Part shown: positions 28,687 through 37,425 of the stretch, one piece after another
Layout: each line of letters begins with the position of its first letter
Position numbering within the stretch: the stretch's first letter is position 1
Origin: Candidatus Krumholzibacteriia bacterium
GTDB taxonomy: Bacteria; Krumholzibacteriota; Krumholzibacteriia; LZORAL124-64-63
DNA length: 64,000 bases
Reading direction: 5' to 3'
Assembly (NCBI GenBank): GCA_050174015.1
Contig: JBFXKG010000007.1
Location: 141,343 to 205,342, forward strand
Program-made: the position numbers and the translations under genes
The notes under the pieces: generated by a model
Seen by the model: the letters and a program-made list of their open reading frames with translations, nothing else
Database searches by the model: none
What the model was told of the DNA's origin: nothing

Positions 28687-30528
28687 ATGTTGAAACGCTG
28701 GACCTGGCTCGTTCTGGTCATGATCGCCCTGACCGCTTTCTGGGGCTGTTCCGACGACGACGACCCGACGAACGTGACGACCGAGACCGCCTTCGAGATC
28801 ATGGCGGCCGCCGGTGCGGAATACATCAATGACAACACGGATTGCCCGGGCGTGATCAGCGCCCAGGCCCTTCATGACAACCTCGAGGCCTATACTGTGA
28901 TCGACATCCGCTCGGAAAGCACCTACCTGAACGGACACATTCCTGGCGCCTACAACAGCAGCCTGGCGACCATCCTGGACGACCTGGCGGCCAAGTCGAT
29001 CCCCACGGACAAGCCTATCGTGGTGACCTGCTACACCGGGCAGAGCGCCGGGTTCGCGAAGATCGCCCTGGAGCTTTCCGGCTACGAGGACGTCAAGACC
29101 CTCGGCTTCGGCATGTGCTCCTGGAACGAGGCGACGGCCGGGGGCTGGAACTCCGGGACCGGGAACACCCTCGCCAATCCCGAGACCACCAACAACAACA
29201 GCGAACTCGTCGAGTACGCCTTCCCCGTCCTGGGCGAAAGCAAGGACACCGTCGTTCGGGACCGGATCGACCTCCTGCTCGCCGGAGGCTTCAAGAGCAA
29301 GAATTTCACCGACATCCAGGACAATCTGGACAGCTACTTCATCATCAACTATTTCGGGGAAGCGGACTACCTGGGCACCGGATCCTCCGGCGTCCCGGGT
29401 CACATCCCCGGTTCGTACCAGTTCACACCGGCCGCGAGCCTGGGCTATGACCAGATGCTCAAGTACGTTCCCACCGACATGCCCATCATCGTCTACTGCT
29501 GGACGAGCCAGACGAGTTCCCAGATCGCCGCCTACCTGAGGATGCTGGGCTACGACGCGTACAGTTTGCGCTTCGGCGCCAACAACCTCTTCTACGACAG
29601 CCTCACGGCCCACAAGTGGACCGGCCCGGCGGGTTACGACATGGAAGTCGGCCCGGCCCCCACCGCCGAATTCTCCACCATCGCCGGCGCGGTCGAGGAC
29701 TACATCAACGACAACACGGACTGTCCGGGCGTCATCTCGGCCCAGAACCTCTACGACAACCTGGCGACCTATACGGTCATCGACATCCGGTCGGCCACCG
29801 ACTACGCCACCCTGGGCCACATCGCGGGCGCCCACAACACGACGCTGGCCAACATCCTGACCTACGTGGACGGCCTGGGCCTCACGACCTCCGATCCCAT
29901 CTGCGTGGTCTGCTACTCGGGCCAGAGCGCCGGGCATGCCAAGGTGGCCCTGGAACTGTCCGGATACGAGAACGTCAAGACCCTGGGCTTCGGCATGTCC
30001 TCCTGGAACGCCGCCACCGCGGGTCCGTGGAACTCGAACACGGGCAATACCCTGACCAATCCCGAGACCGCGAACAACAACGGCGACCTGGTCGGCCATG
30101 CCTATCCGACGCTGACCGGCGCCACTCTGGAGGACCGGGTCCAGGCCATGCTGACGGCCGGGTTCAAGGGCAAGAAGTACGTGGACATCCAGGACTACCT
30201 GGACGACTACTTCATCGTGAACTACTTCGGGGAGGCCGACTACCTGGGCGCCGGAACATCCGGCGTTCCCGGCCACATCCCCGGGGCCTACCAGTTCACG
30301 CCGTATGCGAGCCTCGAGGTGGGCGGGATGCTGGCCAACCTGCCGACGGACATGCCCATCGTGGTCTACTGCTGGACGGGCCAGCACAGCTCGCAGGTCA
30401 CCGCGGCCTTGAACATCCTGGGCTACGAGGCCTACAGCCTGACCTACGGGTCCAACAACCTGTTCTACGACCAGTTGACTGCGAACAAGTGGACGGCGCC
30501 GGCGGACTTCCCCCTGTCGTTCGAATAG
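28687..30528 (+). CDS. lipoprotein with four rhodanese (sulfurtransferase) domains, internally duplicated
   Basis: Lipobox FWGC-SDDDD; DIR/GHIPGA motifs; active loops CYTGQS, CWTSQT, CYSGQS, CWTGQH. Confidence 0.88.
   Translation: MLKRWTWLVLVMIALTAFWGCSDDDDPTNVTTETAFEIMAAAGAEYINDNTDCPGVISAQALHDNLEAYTVIDIRSESTYLNGHIPGAYNSSLATILDDLAAKSIPTDKPIVVTCYTGQSAGFAKIALELSGYEDVKTLGFGMCSWNEATAGGWNSGTGNTLANPETTNNNSELVEYAFPVLGESKDTVVRDRIDLLLAGGFKSKNFTDIQDNLDSYFIINYFGEADYLGTGSSGVPGHIPGSYQFTPAASLGYDQMLKYVPTDMPIIVYCWTSQTSSQIAAYLRMLGYDAYSLRFGANNLFYDSLTAHKWTGPAGYDMEVGPAPTAEFSTIAGAVEDYINDNTDCPGVISAQNLYDNLATYTVIDIRSATDYATLGHIAGAHNTTLANILTYVDGLGLTTSDPICVVCYSGQSAGHAKVALELSGYENVKTLGFGMSSWNAATAGPWNSNTGNTLTNPETANNNGDLVGHAYPTLTGATLEDRVQAMLTAGFKGKKYVDIQDYLDDYFIVNYFGEADYLGAGTSGVPGHIPGAYQFTPYASLEVGGMLANLPTDMPIVVYCWTGQHSSQVTAALNILGYEAYSLTYGSNNLFYDQLTANKWTAPADFPLSFE
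28822..30504 (+). repeat. intragenic tandem duplication (about 879-nt period)
   Basis: YINDNTDCPGVISAQ at 28822 and 29701; shared NYFGEADYLG, SGVPGHIPG, NNLFYD..KWT. Confidence 0.9.
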
Positions 30529-30556
30529 GGATCAACCGGTCAGATTATTGGACGGC

Positions 30557-30590
30557 GAGGGAGGGGCTGCGGCCCCTCCTTCTTTTCTTT
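30557..30590 (+). terminator. rho-independent terminator closing the cytochrome-rhodanese operon
   Basis: GGAGGGGC-tgcg-GCCCCTCC followed by TTCTTTTCTTT. Confidence 0.75.
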
Positions 30591-30660
30591 GGAATTCCGG
30601 TCGGGATGGTCCCCATGGGATCAACCTTGTTGTTTCGCAATGTCCTGTTTCCCAATGTCC

Positions 30661-30689
30661 TTGACACCCAGGTCACGATATGGGACAAT
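30661..30689 (+). promoter_or_regulatory. sigma70-type promoter candidate
   Basis: TTGACA-N17-GACAAT with TG extension, upstream of 30941. Confidence 0.45.
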
Positions 30690-30940
30690 ATCTCCCTCGC
30701 CCCATATCGCCCAGGTTCCCGGGTTCGCCCCCCGCCGGGATATATCAATTCGCGTTCGCTTTGCGTCGGAATACAACGCAGGATAATGCACATTTTCTTC
30801 AGAATTATGACCGACGGAACGGTCCTCTGATTCACCGAGCGAGGTGATTCAGCCCCTTGGCGCCCTGGACAGGCCCTGCCAGCAATCGATCCCAATCCGG
30901 GGTTTTGTCATTTCATATCTTCAATGCGGGGGTTAATCCA

Positions 30941-33900
30941 ATGAAGCGATGTGTGTGCGTGTCCAGCCTGGTCCTCGGGCTGGTCTTCTGTGTGGGCATG
31001 ACCGGGACCGCCGAGGCTGATCCGCTGGGAGGGTGGACGCCGTTCGTCATCAGGAACGCGACGACGACCGGGAACCCGCCGGCATTCAACACGTTCCCGG
31101 CGCCCGACCACACGGTGGAGTTCCTCGTCACCGAGGGGGGGCAGAAAGCGGGACTCGGAACCGATGCGGTCAACGGGTCCCTGGTCCAGGACATCCTCAC
31201 CCTGCATCTGGACCGGCTCGATGACGTGGGTACTTCGGGTTCCCTCTACGGGCCCTACTTCAACATCTGGGTCACCGACGATGCCGGCCACTATGCGGTC
31301 ATCGCCAACGAGCCCTCCAACGCGGAATGGGCGGCCGACCGCTGGTACGCGGCGAGCTGGGACGACCTCAAGATCAAGACCTGCAAGGTCTACGAGACAC
31401 CCGGCTGGAACACCGGCACGAGCTGGGTCCACACCTACGCCGGTATGAGCAGCGGCCTGACCTTCGAGGACGTTGCAGGGTTGAAGATCATGCCGCCTCC
31501 GGCCGCCTACATCACCGATCCCCTCAACGAAGTCGGCAGCGGCGCTCCTGACGAACTGGGCACCAATGTGGCCTACGGCTACAACTGGATCTTCGGGGAC
31601 ACCCTCGCCAACTACGTCAGCGGCGATCCAGGTTTTCTGGTCGGGAACTACTACATCTACGATGCCTACCCGGTCCAGAACACCACGCAGTTGACGGGTT
31701 ACATGACCATCGAGGCTGCCCTGGCCGCCGCCAATCCCTACGACACGATCACCGTGGCCAACGGGCCGTACAGCCCCGTCGGGACCCTGAACGTGACGGT
31801 GCCGTTGACCCTGACGGGGGAGAGCGAATCCGGTGTCGCCATCCAGATCCCGGCGGCCGGTGGGTACGGGTTCTCCGTGGGTGCCCATGCGGTCACACTG
31901 CAGAACTTCACCCTGGTCTGCGCTGCGGCCAACGAGAACTATCCCATCCATGCCTCCGGGACGGGCAATCCCCCCGGAGGATACACCGGGCTGAACATGA
32001 CCGGCGTCACGGTCATCGGCTCCCACAGGAGGGCCGGAATCGACATCCACGGCTACAACGACGTCGTCCTGTCCCACGTCTCGTCATTCGACGCCTGGGG
32101 CGGCAACGGCATCCAGCTGACGGGCGTGGTCGGCGCCGATCTGGACAACATCACCACCGGCGACAACGCCTGGGGGTCCATCGCCATCTACTGCTCGAGT
32201 CCCACCTATCTGAATCGTGGTTCGAGCGATGTGGTCATCGACGGGGCCACCCTGAACGTGGGCGAGGATTACGTCTTCAGCCAGGACGAGTTCGGGCTGT
32301 TCAACGGCACCTACAGCATCACCGGCTACGAGTACAACGTCCGGAACTCACGGTTCAGGGAAGCACTCGGGTATACCGATTCCGAAGGCTACACCTTCCT
32401 GCGGGACGATCTGGCAGACGCCGCGGCCTTCGCCCTGGCGTTCACCGGCTACGAGCAGTACTCGACGATCATGGAGGTTGCCACGGGGGACTATTTCGTC
32501 TTGGACGGAATGAGCATCCAGGCGGCCGTCACCGAGGCTGATCCGGGATCCACCATCCATGTGGGGCCGGGAACCTATGTGGAGGGGGTCCTCATCGAGA
32601 AGAACCTGACCCTGCTCGGCGCCACGGCCGGCGTCAACAAGAACGGATATCCAGTTCCCGCGGGCTATGCCTGGGATCCGATGGTGGAGAGCATCATCAG
32701 TCACCCGGATCCCGTCACGGGATACGACGCCATCGTGGACATCCATGACACCGACAACGTAACCTTCGACGGTTTCGTCGTCGAGGAATTGAATGCGGTG
32801 GCAAACAAGAACGTTTCCCTGATCAGGGTCTATGCCCACACCAGGGAGATCACCAACATCGACGTCGTCAATTGCATCATCGGCCCCAACACCAACACGA
32901 CCCTCCAGGACGGAGCCCAGGGGCGGATGGGGCTCTACATCATCAACCATCCCTACAACAATCTCGGCGTGGTGAACAGCACCTTTGCCGGTAACAAGAT
33001 CTTCGATTGCCAGGGGAACGGCGACAACGTGTTTCTCTGGACCTCGTACTACGCCTACGGGGCGCCTGGCCCGGCTGACATGACAGGAACGGTGATCGAG
33101 GACAACGAGATCTACGGGTCGCACCGGTCGGGCATCGAGACCGCCGGCGGTTTCGCCAATCTGGTTATCCGGAACAACACGATCTACGGCCAGTCCGGCT
33201 TGCCTGGCGATGATCCGGACTTCCTGAAATACGGACACGGGATCCAGTTGATCCGGGGCTCCTCGGACAAGGTTTCCGATCCATTGACCGCCTATGGCCC
33301 GGTGGATCTGCTCATCGAGGGCAACGAGATCTACGGCAATCAGAAGTGCGGCATCTACATGGGTCCCAAGAACGACAACGTCCAGTTCGTGGGGAACATC
33401 ATTCATGACAACGGCTGGGACGGCATCATGCTGGATCTCGAAGGCAACTACTGGAATCCCCAGTACGAGAGCCCTCCCCTGAGCGGCGATTATGCCTGCT
33501 ATGATTGCAGCGAGGACATCTCCGCCTCGGGCAACGAAATCTACGGAAACGGAACTCTGGGCAACCCGATCGCACAGCACGGGTTCCAGGTGGTCGGGTT
33601 GCCGACCAACGGCCTCGTGGTCGGAGCGGAGGACAACTGGTGGGGAGATTCCACCGGGCCACTCGACTCCAGTGACGATACCGGAACCGGAGGTCTGTAC
33701 AATCCCGGCGGTCTCGGGGATGAGGTCACCGACCACGTCGACTACTACCCCTGGCTCGGGATTTCCGGCGTCGCGGTCGCTCCGGCGACCTCCGGCCCCC
33801 TGACCTGCGGCCTGACCCAGACCCTGACCTTCAGCCTGACGACGGACGAGTACACGCCGGACGTGTTCGGGTTCAACGCGGTGGTCCGGGCGACGAGCGA

Positions 33901-35467
33901 GGTCGACTGGGGCACCATTACCCAGCTTGCACCGTTCGGGGGGACGACACAGTTCTTCTCCTTCGATCAGGGCGATGGGTCGTACATCATCTCCGGCACC
34001 ACGGTCGGCAACCCCACCCAGCCGATCTCAGGGGCAGGGGTGACCGACCTGTTCAAGATCGACTTCGTGACCGTCTCCGATGGGACGGCCCAGATCACCT
34101 TCGACAGCTTCACGCTGCGTGACCCCGCCAACCAGCCCATCCCCGCCACGGCGACCGGCGCGACCATCGAGGTCGACTGCACGGCGCCTGCGGCGGTGAC
34201 GGGCATCACGGCGGCCCCGGGCCACGAGAAGGTCGACGTGAGCTGGACCCACGACGGGACCGACGTGGCCTTCTACGAGGTCTACCGTGGCCTGTGGTAT
34301 GACACGACCTACGGTGTCTCGGCCTACCCCGAGTACGACGACCTGGCCGGCGACGTGATCCCGACCCGCCCTGCGAGCCGTGCCGCAGCCGATCTGAGCG
34401 ACGAGTGGGTGCTGGTGGACATCGTGGCCGTCGGCACCAACAGCCTCGTGGACGACGGCATGGCCTCCGGCCGCGGCGTTTACTACTACGAGGTGTTCCC
34501 GGTGGATGCGGCGAGCAACTGGGGTCCCGCAGCCGCGGCGAACGACCGGGCGACGAACTACTGGCTGGGTGACGTGACCGGTATTCCCGCCACGGGCTAT
34601 ACCACTCCCGACGGCGATGTCGACCCGGTCGACATGAACGCCCTCGGCGCCCAGTTCGGCAACGCGGTGCCTCTCGGGGGTGAGCACAACGTCCTGGACG
34701 TCGGTCCGACCGACGACTGGAGCCGGGTGGGCATTCCCCTGACCGACAGCGTGATCAACTTCGAGGATCTGATGGTCTTCGCGATGAACTTCGGCGTGGT
34801 CGGTCCCGCGAAGGACCAGGCTCCGATCTCGGCGACGGTCCAGCTGGCCTGGGTGCATTACGACAACGGCACCATGGCCCTGCGTCTGATCGACGGTTCG
34901 GGCCTGAAGGGCGTCAACGTGATGGCTCGCGTGCCGGTGTCCGGCGTGGAGCCGGGCGTGCTGCTCGATGAGCAGGCCGAACGGACGTTCCTGAAGAACA
35001 TCGGATCCGAACTCGACGTGAGCGTGGCCCTGCTGGGCACGGGCAGGGGATTCGTCGGTTCGGGCGACCTGTTCACGGTGTCGTCGGAGTCTGCGATCGC
35101 GTTCGAGGACCTGGCGATCAAGGCGCGCGGGACGGACAACCGCGAGCTCAAGATCGAGCTGGTCGAGGCGGCGGACACGGCGACGCCGCGGGTGTTCAGC
35201 CTGAACGCGAACTATCCGAACCCGTTCAACCCGATGACGAAGATCAGCTTCTCGCTGCCTGAAGCGCAGTCGGTGCGGCTGATGGTCTACGGTGTGGACG
35301 GTCGCCTTGTGAAAACGCTGCTGAACGAGCGCCGCGGCGCCGGCCAGCACGAGGTGGTCTGGATGGGTCGGGACGACGCCGATCAGCAGGTCGCCTCGGG
35401 CGTGTACTTCTACCGGCTGGATGCCGGTCCGTACAGCCAGGTCCGCAAGATGACCCTGATGAAGTAG
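30941..35467 (+). CDS. large secreted protein: parallel beta-helix regions, cohesin-like, FN3-like, dockerin-like and FlgD-Ig C-terminal domains
   Basis: Signal peptide MKRCVCV; TIEAALAAA and SIQAAVTEA helix caps, NxIyGN repeats, NWWGD; LGDV..DGDVD..INFEDL; NYPNPFNP..KMTLMK. Confidence 0.8.
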   Translation: MKRCVCVSSLVLGLVFCVGMTGTAEADPLGGWTPFVIRNATTTGNPPAFNTFPAPDHTVEFLVTEGGQKAGLGTDAVNGSLVQDILTLHLDRLDDVGTSGSLYGPYFNIWVTDDAGHYAVIANEPSNAEWAADRWYAASWDDLKIKTCKVYETPGWNTGTSWVHTYAGMSSGLTFEDVAGLKIMPPPAAYITDPLNEVGSGAPDELGTNVAYGYNWIFGDTLANYVSGDPGFLVGNYYIYDAYPVQNTTQLTGYMTIEAALAAANPYDTITVANGPYSPVGTLNVTVPLTLTGESESGVAIQIPAAGGYGFSVGAHAVTLQNFTLVCAAANENYPIHASGTGNPPGGYTGLNMTGVTVIGSHRRAGIDIHGYNDVVLSHVSSFDAWGGNGIQLTGVVGADLDNITTGDNAWGSIAIYCSSPTYLNRGSSDVVIDGATLNVGEDYVFSQDEFGLFNGTYSITGYEYNVRNSRFREALGYTDSEGYTFLRDDLADAAAFALAFTGYEQYSTIMEVATGDYFVLDGMSIQAAVTEADPGSTIHVGPGTYVEGVLIEKNLTLLGATAGVNKNGYPVPAGYAWDPMVESIISHPDPVTGYDAIVDIHDTDNVTFDGFVVEELNAVANKNVSLIRVYAHTREITNIDVVNCIIGPNTNTTLQDGAQGRMGLYIINHPYNNLGVVNSTFAGNKIFDCQGNGDNVFLWTSYYAYGAPGPADMTGTVIEDNEIYGSHRSGIETAGGFANLVIRNNTIYGQSGLPGDDPDFLKYGHGIQLIRGSSDKVSDPLTAYGPVDLLIEGNEIYGNQKCGIYMGPKNDNVQFVGNIIHDNGWDGIMLDLEGNYWNPQYESPPLSGDYACYDCSEDISASGNEIYGNGTLGNPIAQHGFQVVGLPTNGLVVGAEDNWWGDSTGPLDSSDDTGTGGLYNPGGLGDEVTDHVDYYPWLGISGVAVAPATSGPLTCGLTQTLTFSLTTDEYTPDVFGFNAVVRATSEVDWGTITQLAPFGGTTQFFSFDQGDGSYIISGTTVGNPTQPISGAGVTDLFKIDFVTVSDGTAQITFDSFTLRDPANQPIPATATGATIEVDCTAPAAVTGITAAPGHEKVDVSWTHDGTDVAFYEVYRGLWYDTTYGVSAYPEYDDLAGDVIPTRPASRAAADLSDEWVLVDIVAVGTNSLVDDGMASGRGVYYYEVFPVDAASNWGPAAAANDRATNYWLGDVTGIPATGYTTPDGDVDPVDMNALGAQFGNAVPLGGEHNVLDVGPTDDWSRVGIPLTDSVINFEDLMVFAMNFGVVGPAKDQAPISATVQLAWVHYDNGTMALRLIDGSGLKGVNVMARVPVSGVEPGVLLDEQAERTFLKNIGSELDVSVALLGTGRGFVGSGDLFTVSSESAIAFEDLAIKARGTDNRELKIELVEAADTATPRVFSLNANYPNPFNPMTKISFSLPEAQSVRLMVYGVDGRLVKTLLNERRGAGQHEVVWMGRDDADQQVASGVYFYRLDAGPYSQVRKMTLMK
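34220..34254 (+). repeat. 35-nt exact inverted repeat copy (partner at 42026-42060)
   Basis: GGCCACGAGAAGGTCGACGTGAGCTGGACCCACGA, within a longer homologous module. Confidence 0.9.
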
Positions 35468-35474
35468 CGCGTGG

Positions 35475-35511
35475 GGGAGCCGCCGCGCGGGGAGACCCGG
35501 CGGCGGCTCCC
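35475..35511 (+). other. long intergenic hairpin with GAGA tetraloop, no U-tract
   Basis: GGGAGCCGCCGC(g)CGGG-gaga-CCCG-GCGGCGGCTCCC. Confidence 0.55.
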
Positions 35512-35526
35512 GCCGAAAGGAACATC

Positions 35527-36351
35527 GTGAGAAATTTCCCGGTGATGGTCCTGGCGTCGGTGTCGGCGCTTCTGCTCGGCTTGTCGGCGGCTGATCCCGC
35601 CTCGGCGGCCGTTCACCTGCGGTTCGATCCGCCAGACGCCGTCGTGGCCGTGGGCGACACCGGAAGGCTGGCCATCTGCATCGACGATACCGTGGACGTC
35701 CGCTCCATCATCGTCACGGTGTCCTATGATTCCACCATCGTTCATGGTCTGGGCGGACAGGCCGGCGCCCTGTACGACGATTCGGGCTACTTCGTGTTCC
35801 AGGGCTTCGAGGCCGATACCCTGGGGACCTGGTACGGGTACGCCATCATCATGGGGGCGGATCTGCACCTGGACGGCCCGGGTGAACTTTTCGTGTGGGA
35901 TTACGTCGCCCGGACCACAGGCGTCTGTCCGGTCGTCGTCAAGGTGACCGAGGAGGATCCCGCCGGCGTCTACATCTCCAACACCGCCGGCGACTGGTAC
36001 CCCGAGGTCCTCCTTCCTCCCACCACCATCCGGGTGGGCAGCGGTCTGAGCGGGGTCTTAATTCCCGGGCGCCGGGGCGCCCTCGACCTGCGCTTGTGGC
36101 CCAACCCCTTCAATCCGGGGACCCTCCTGGAATTCTCCAATCCCCAGGATGGCCCGGTCCGGCTCGAGGTCTTCGACGTCGCAGGCCGCAGCCTCGGCGT
36201 CCTGGTCGATGGCTACGCTCCCGCGGGCACCGTCCGGATCCCCTGGGACGGCACCGACGACCGGGGCCTTCCGGCCGCTGCCGGGATCTATCTCTTCCGC
36301 CTGAGGTGCGGACCCGCCAACGGAACCGGGCGGGGCATCCTCCTCAAATAG
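35527..36351 (+). CDS. secreted cohesin-like domain + FlgD-Ig C-terminal domain protein
   Basis: Signal peptide; VTVSYDSTIV, GPGELFVW; WPNPFNP..WDGTDDRG..GIYLFRL. Confidence 0.7.
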   Translation: MRNFPVMVLASVSALLLGLSAADPASAAVHLRFDPPDAVVAVGDTGRLAICIDDTVDVRSIIVTVSYDSTIVHGLGGQAGALYDDSGYFVFQGFEADTLGTWYGYAIIMGADLHLDGPGELFVWDYVARTTGVCPVVVKVTEEDPAGVYISNTAGDWYPEVLLPPTTIRVGSGLSGVLIPGRRGALDLRLWPNPFNPGTLLEFSNPQDGPVRLEVFDVAGRSLGVLVDGYAPAGTVRIPWDGTDDRGLPAAAGIYLFRLRCGPANGTGRGILLK

Positions 36352-36379
36352 GAAGGACCCGGGTTGCCCCGGGCCCTTC
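36352..36379. terminator. hairpin between convergent genes
   Basis: GAAGGaCCCGGG-ttgc-CCCGGGcCCTTC. Confidence 0.45.
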
Positions 36380-36402
36380 GCGATCGTCACGCAGCGATGG
36401 TA

Positions 36403-37143
36403 TTACCGGAACAACGCCTTCAGGCTGCCGAACGACTGCTGATCGTCGGCCACCGGGGTGGAGCAGGCGTCGATCTTGGCCAGGAGCTTGATCTCGCCAG
36501 GCAGTTCGTAGGACTGCTGCAGGTCGTAGTAGCCGTTGCCCTGGTCGATCCAGCTGGCCCCGCCCACGGGGAAGTAGTCCACGATCAGGTCGGGCTTGTT
36601 CTCGAACCGGTTGTGGAAGGTGATGGACGCCGCGTAGTACCAGCCGAACTCGGCGCACGCGCAGTTGGCCGACTTCAGGGGGATGATCAGCCGGTAGTAG
36701 CCGGGTTCGGTGACGGTGCCCGAATAGATGGGGGATTCGCAGATCACCGGGCCGGGCTTCAGCTGTCCGCCATCGAGATGGGTCTCCTCGAAGGCGGCGC
36801 TGACCTCAAGGGTCACCGGGACGTCCTCGGGGCCGAAGTTCAGGGCCATGCCGGCGGTGAAAGCGTAGAATCCGGTCTCGAAGCCGCAGGTGGGCAGGAC
36901 TTCCCACATGTAGCTGTAGGTCTCCCCGCCCGAGACGAAGTTCTCGATCGTGTATCCCCAGTCGTTGCGGTTGCCGACGCGGCAGCAAACAGCCTTCTCG
37001 GGGCATTCCTTGTCGGTGGTGAAATTCAAGGGAAGCATGTCTCCGTCGGGTACCTTGACCAGATCGAAGTCCACCTGGGCCAATCCCTGGCCGGCGATCA
37101 GGATCAAGGCCATGGCCATCAGAGCCGTTCTCATAATCTTCAT
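36403..37143 (-). CDS. secreted Cys-containing hypothetical protein with C-terminal SFGSLKALFR tail
   Basis: GGAGG RBS; signal peptide MKIMRTALMAMALILIAGQGLA; ends TPVADDQQSFGSLKALFR. Confidence 0.75.
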   Translation of the reverse strand: MKIMRTALMAMALILIAGQGLAQVDFDLVKVPDGDMLPLNFTTDKECPEKAVCCRVGNRNDWGYTIENFVSGGETYSYMWEVLPTCGFETGFYAFTAGMALNFGPEDVPVTLEVSAAFEETHLDGGQLKPGPVICESPIYSGTVTEPGYYRLIIPLKSANCACAEFGWYYAASITFHNRFENKPDLIVDYFPVGGASWIDQGNGYYDLQQSYELPGEIKLLAKIDACSTPVADDQQSFGSLKALFR

Positions 37144-37425
37144 TCCCATCCTCCATTCCCATCGTTTGAGTATCGAACCCCCCAAATCAAAAACAATTGA
37201 AGGAGGGACGCAACGGACAATTTCCGCCTTTTTGTTATTCTAACATACTTTTTGAAAAAAATCCAGGAAATTGCAATATTGCGGATTGACGGGCGAGCAC
37301 CGAACAGGCACAGTGCCAAGGTCTTGGAGCGGACGAGTCATATCGCCCCGGTGGGTTTTGCCCCTGGACTGGGATTTCAGGATCCTGCCGGGTTGGCCCC
37401 CGGTCTTCAAGGAGGAGCATTCCGC

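Noticed and set aside
28822..30504. CRISPR array or DGR template/variable repeat
   Set aside because: The repeat is an in-frame two-copy domain duplication with largely synonymous differences; no spacers, cas genes or reverse transcriptase in the window
37303..37320. sigma54 promoter on the minus strand (TGGCAC...), and a similar TGGCAT at 39332
   Set aside because: The required GC at -12 is absent at the correct spacing
37252..37425. N-terminal extension of the Asn-synthase-like ORF
   Set aside because: AT-rich, promoter-like sequence; a strong SD precedes TTG 37426, where family similarity begins
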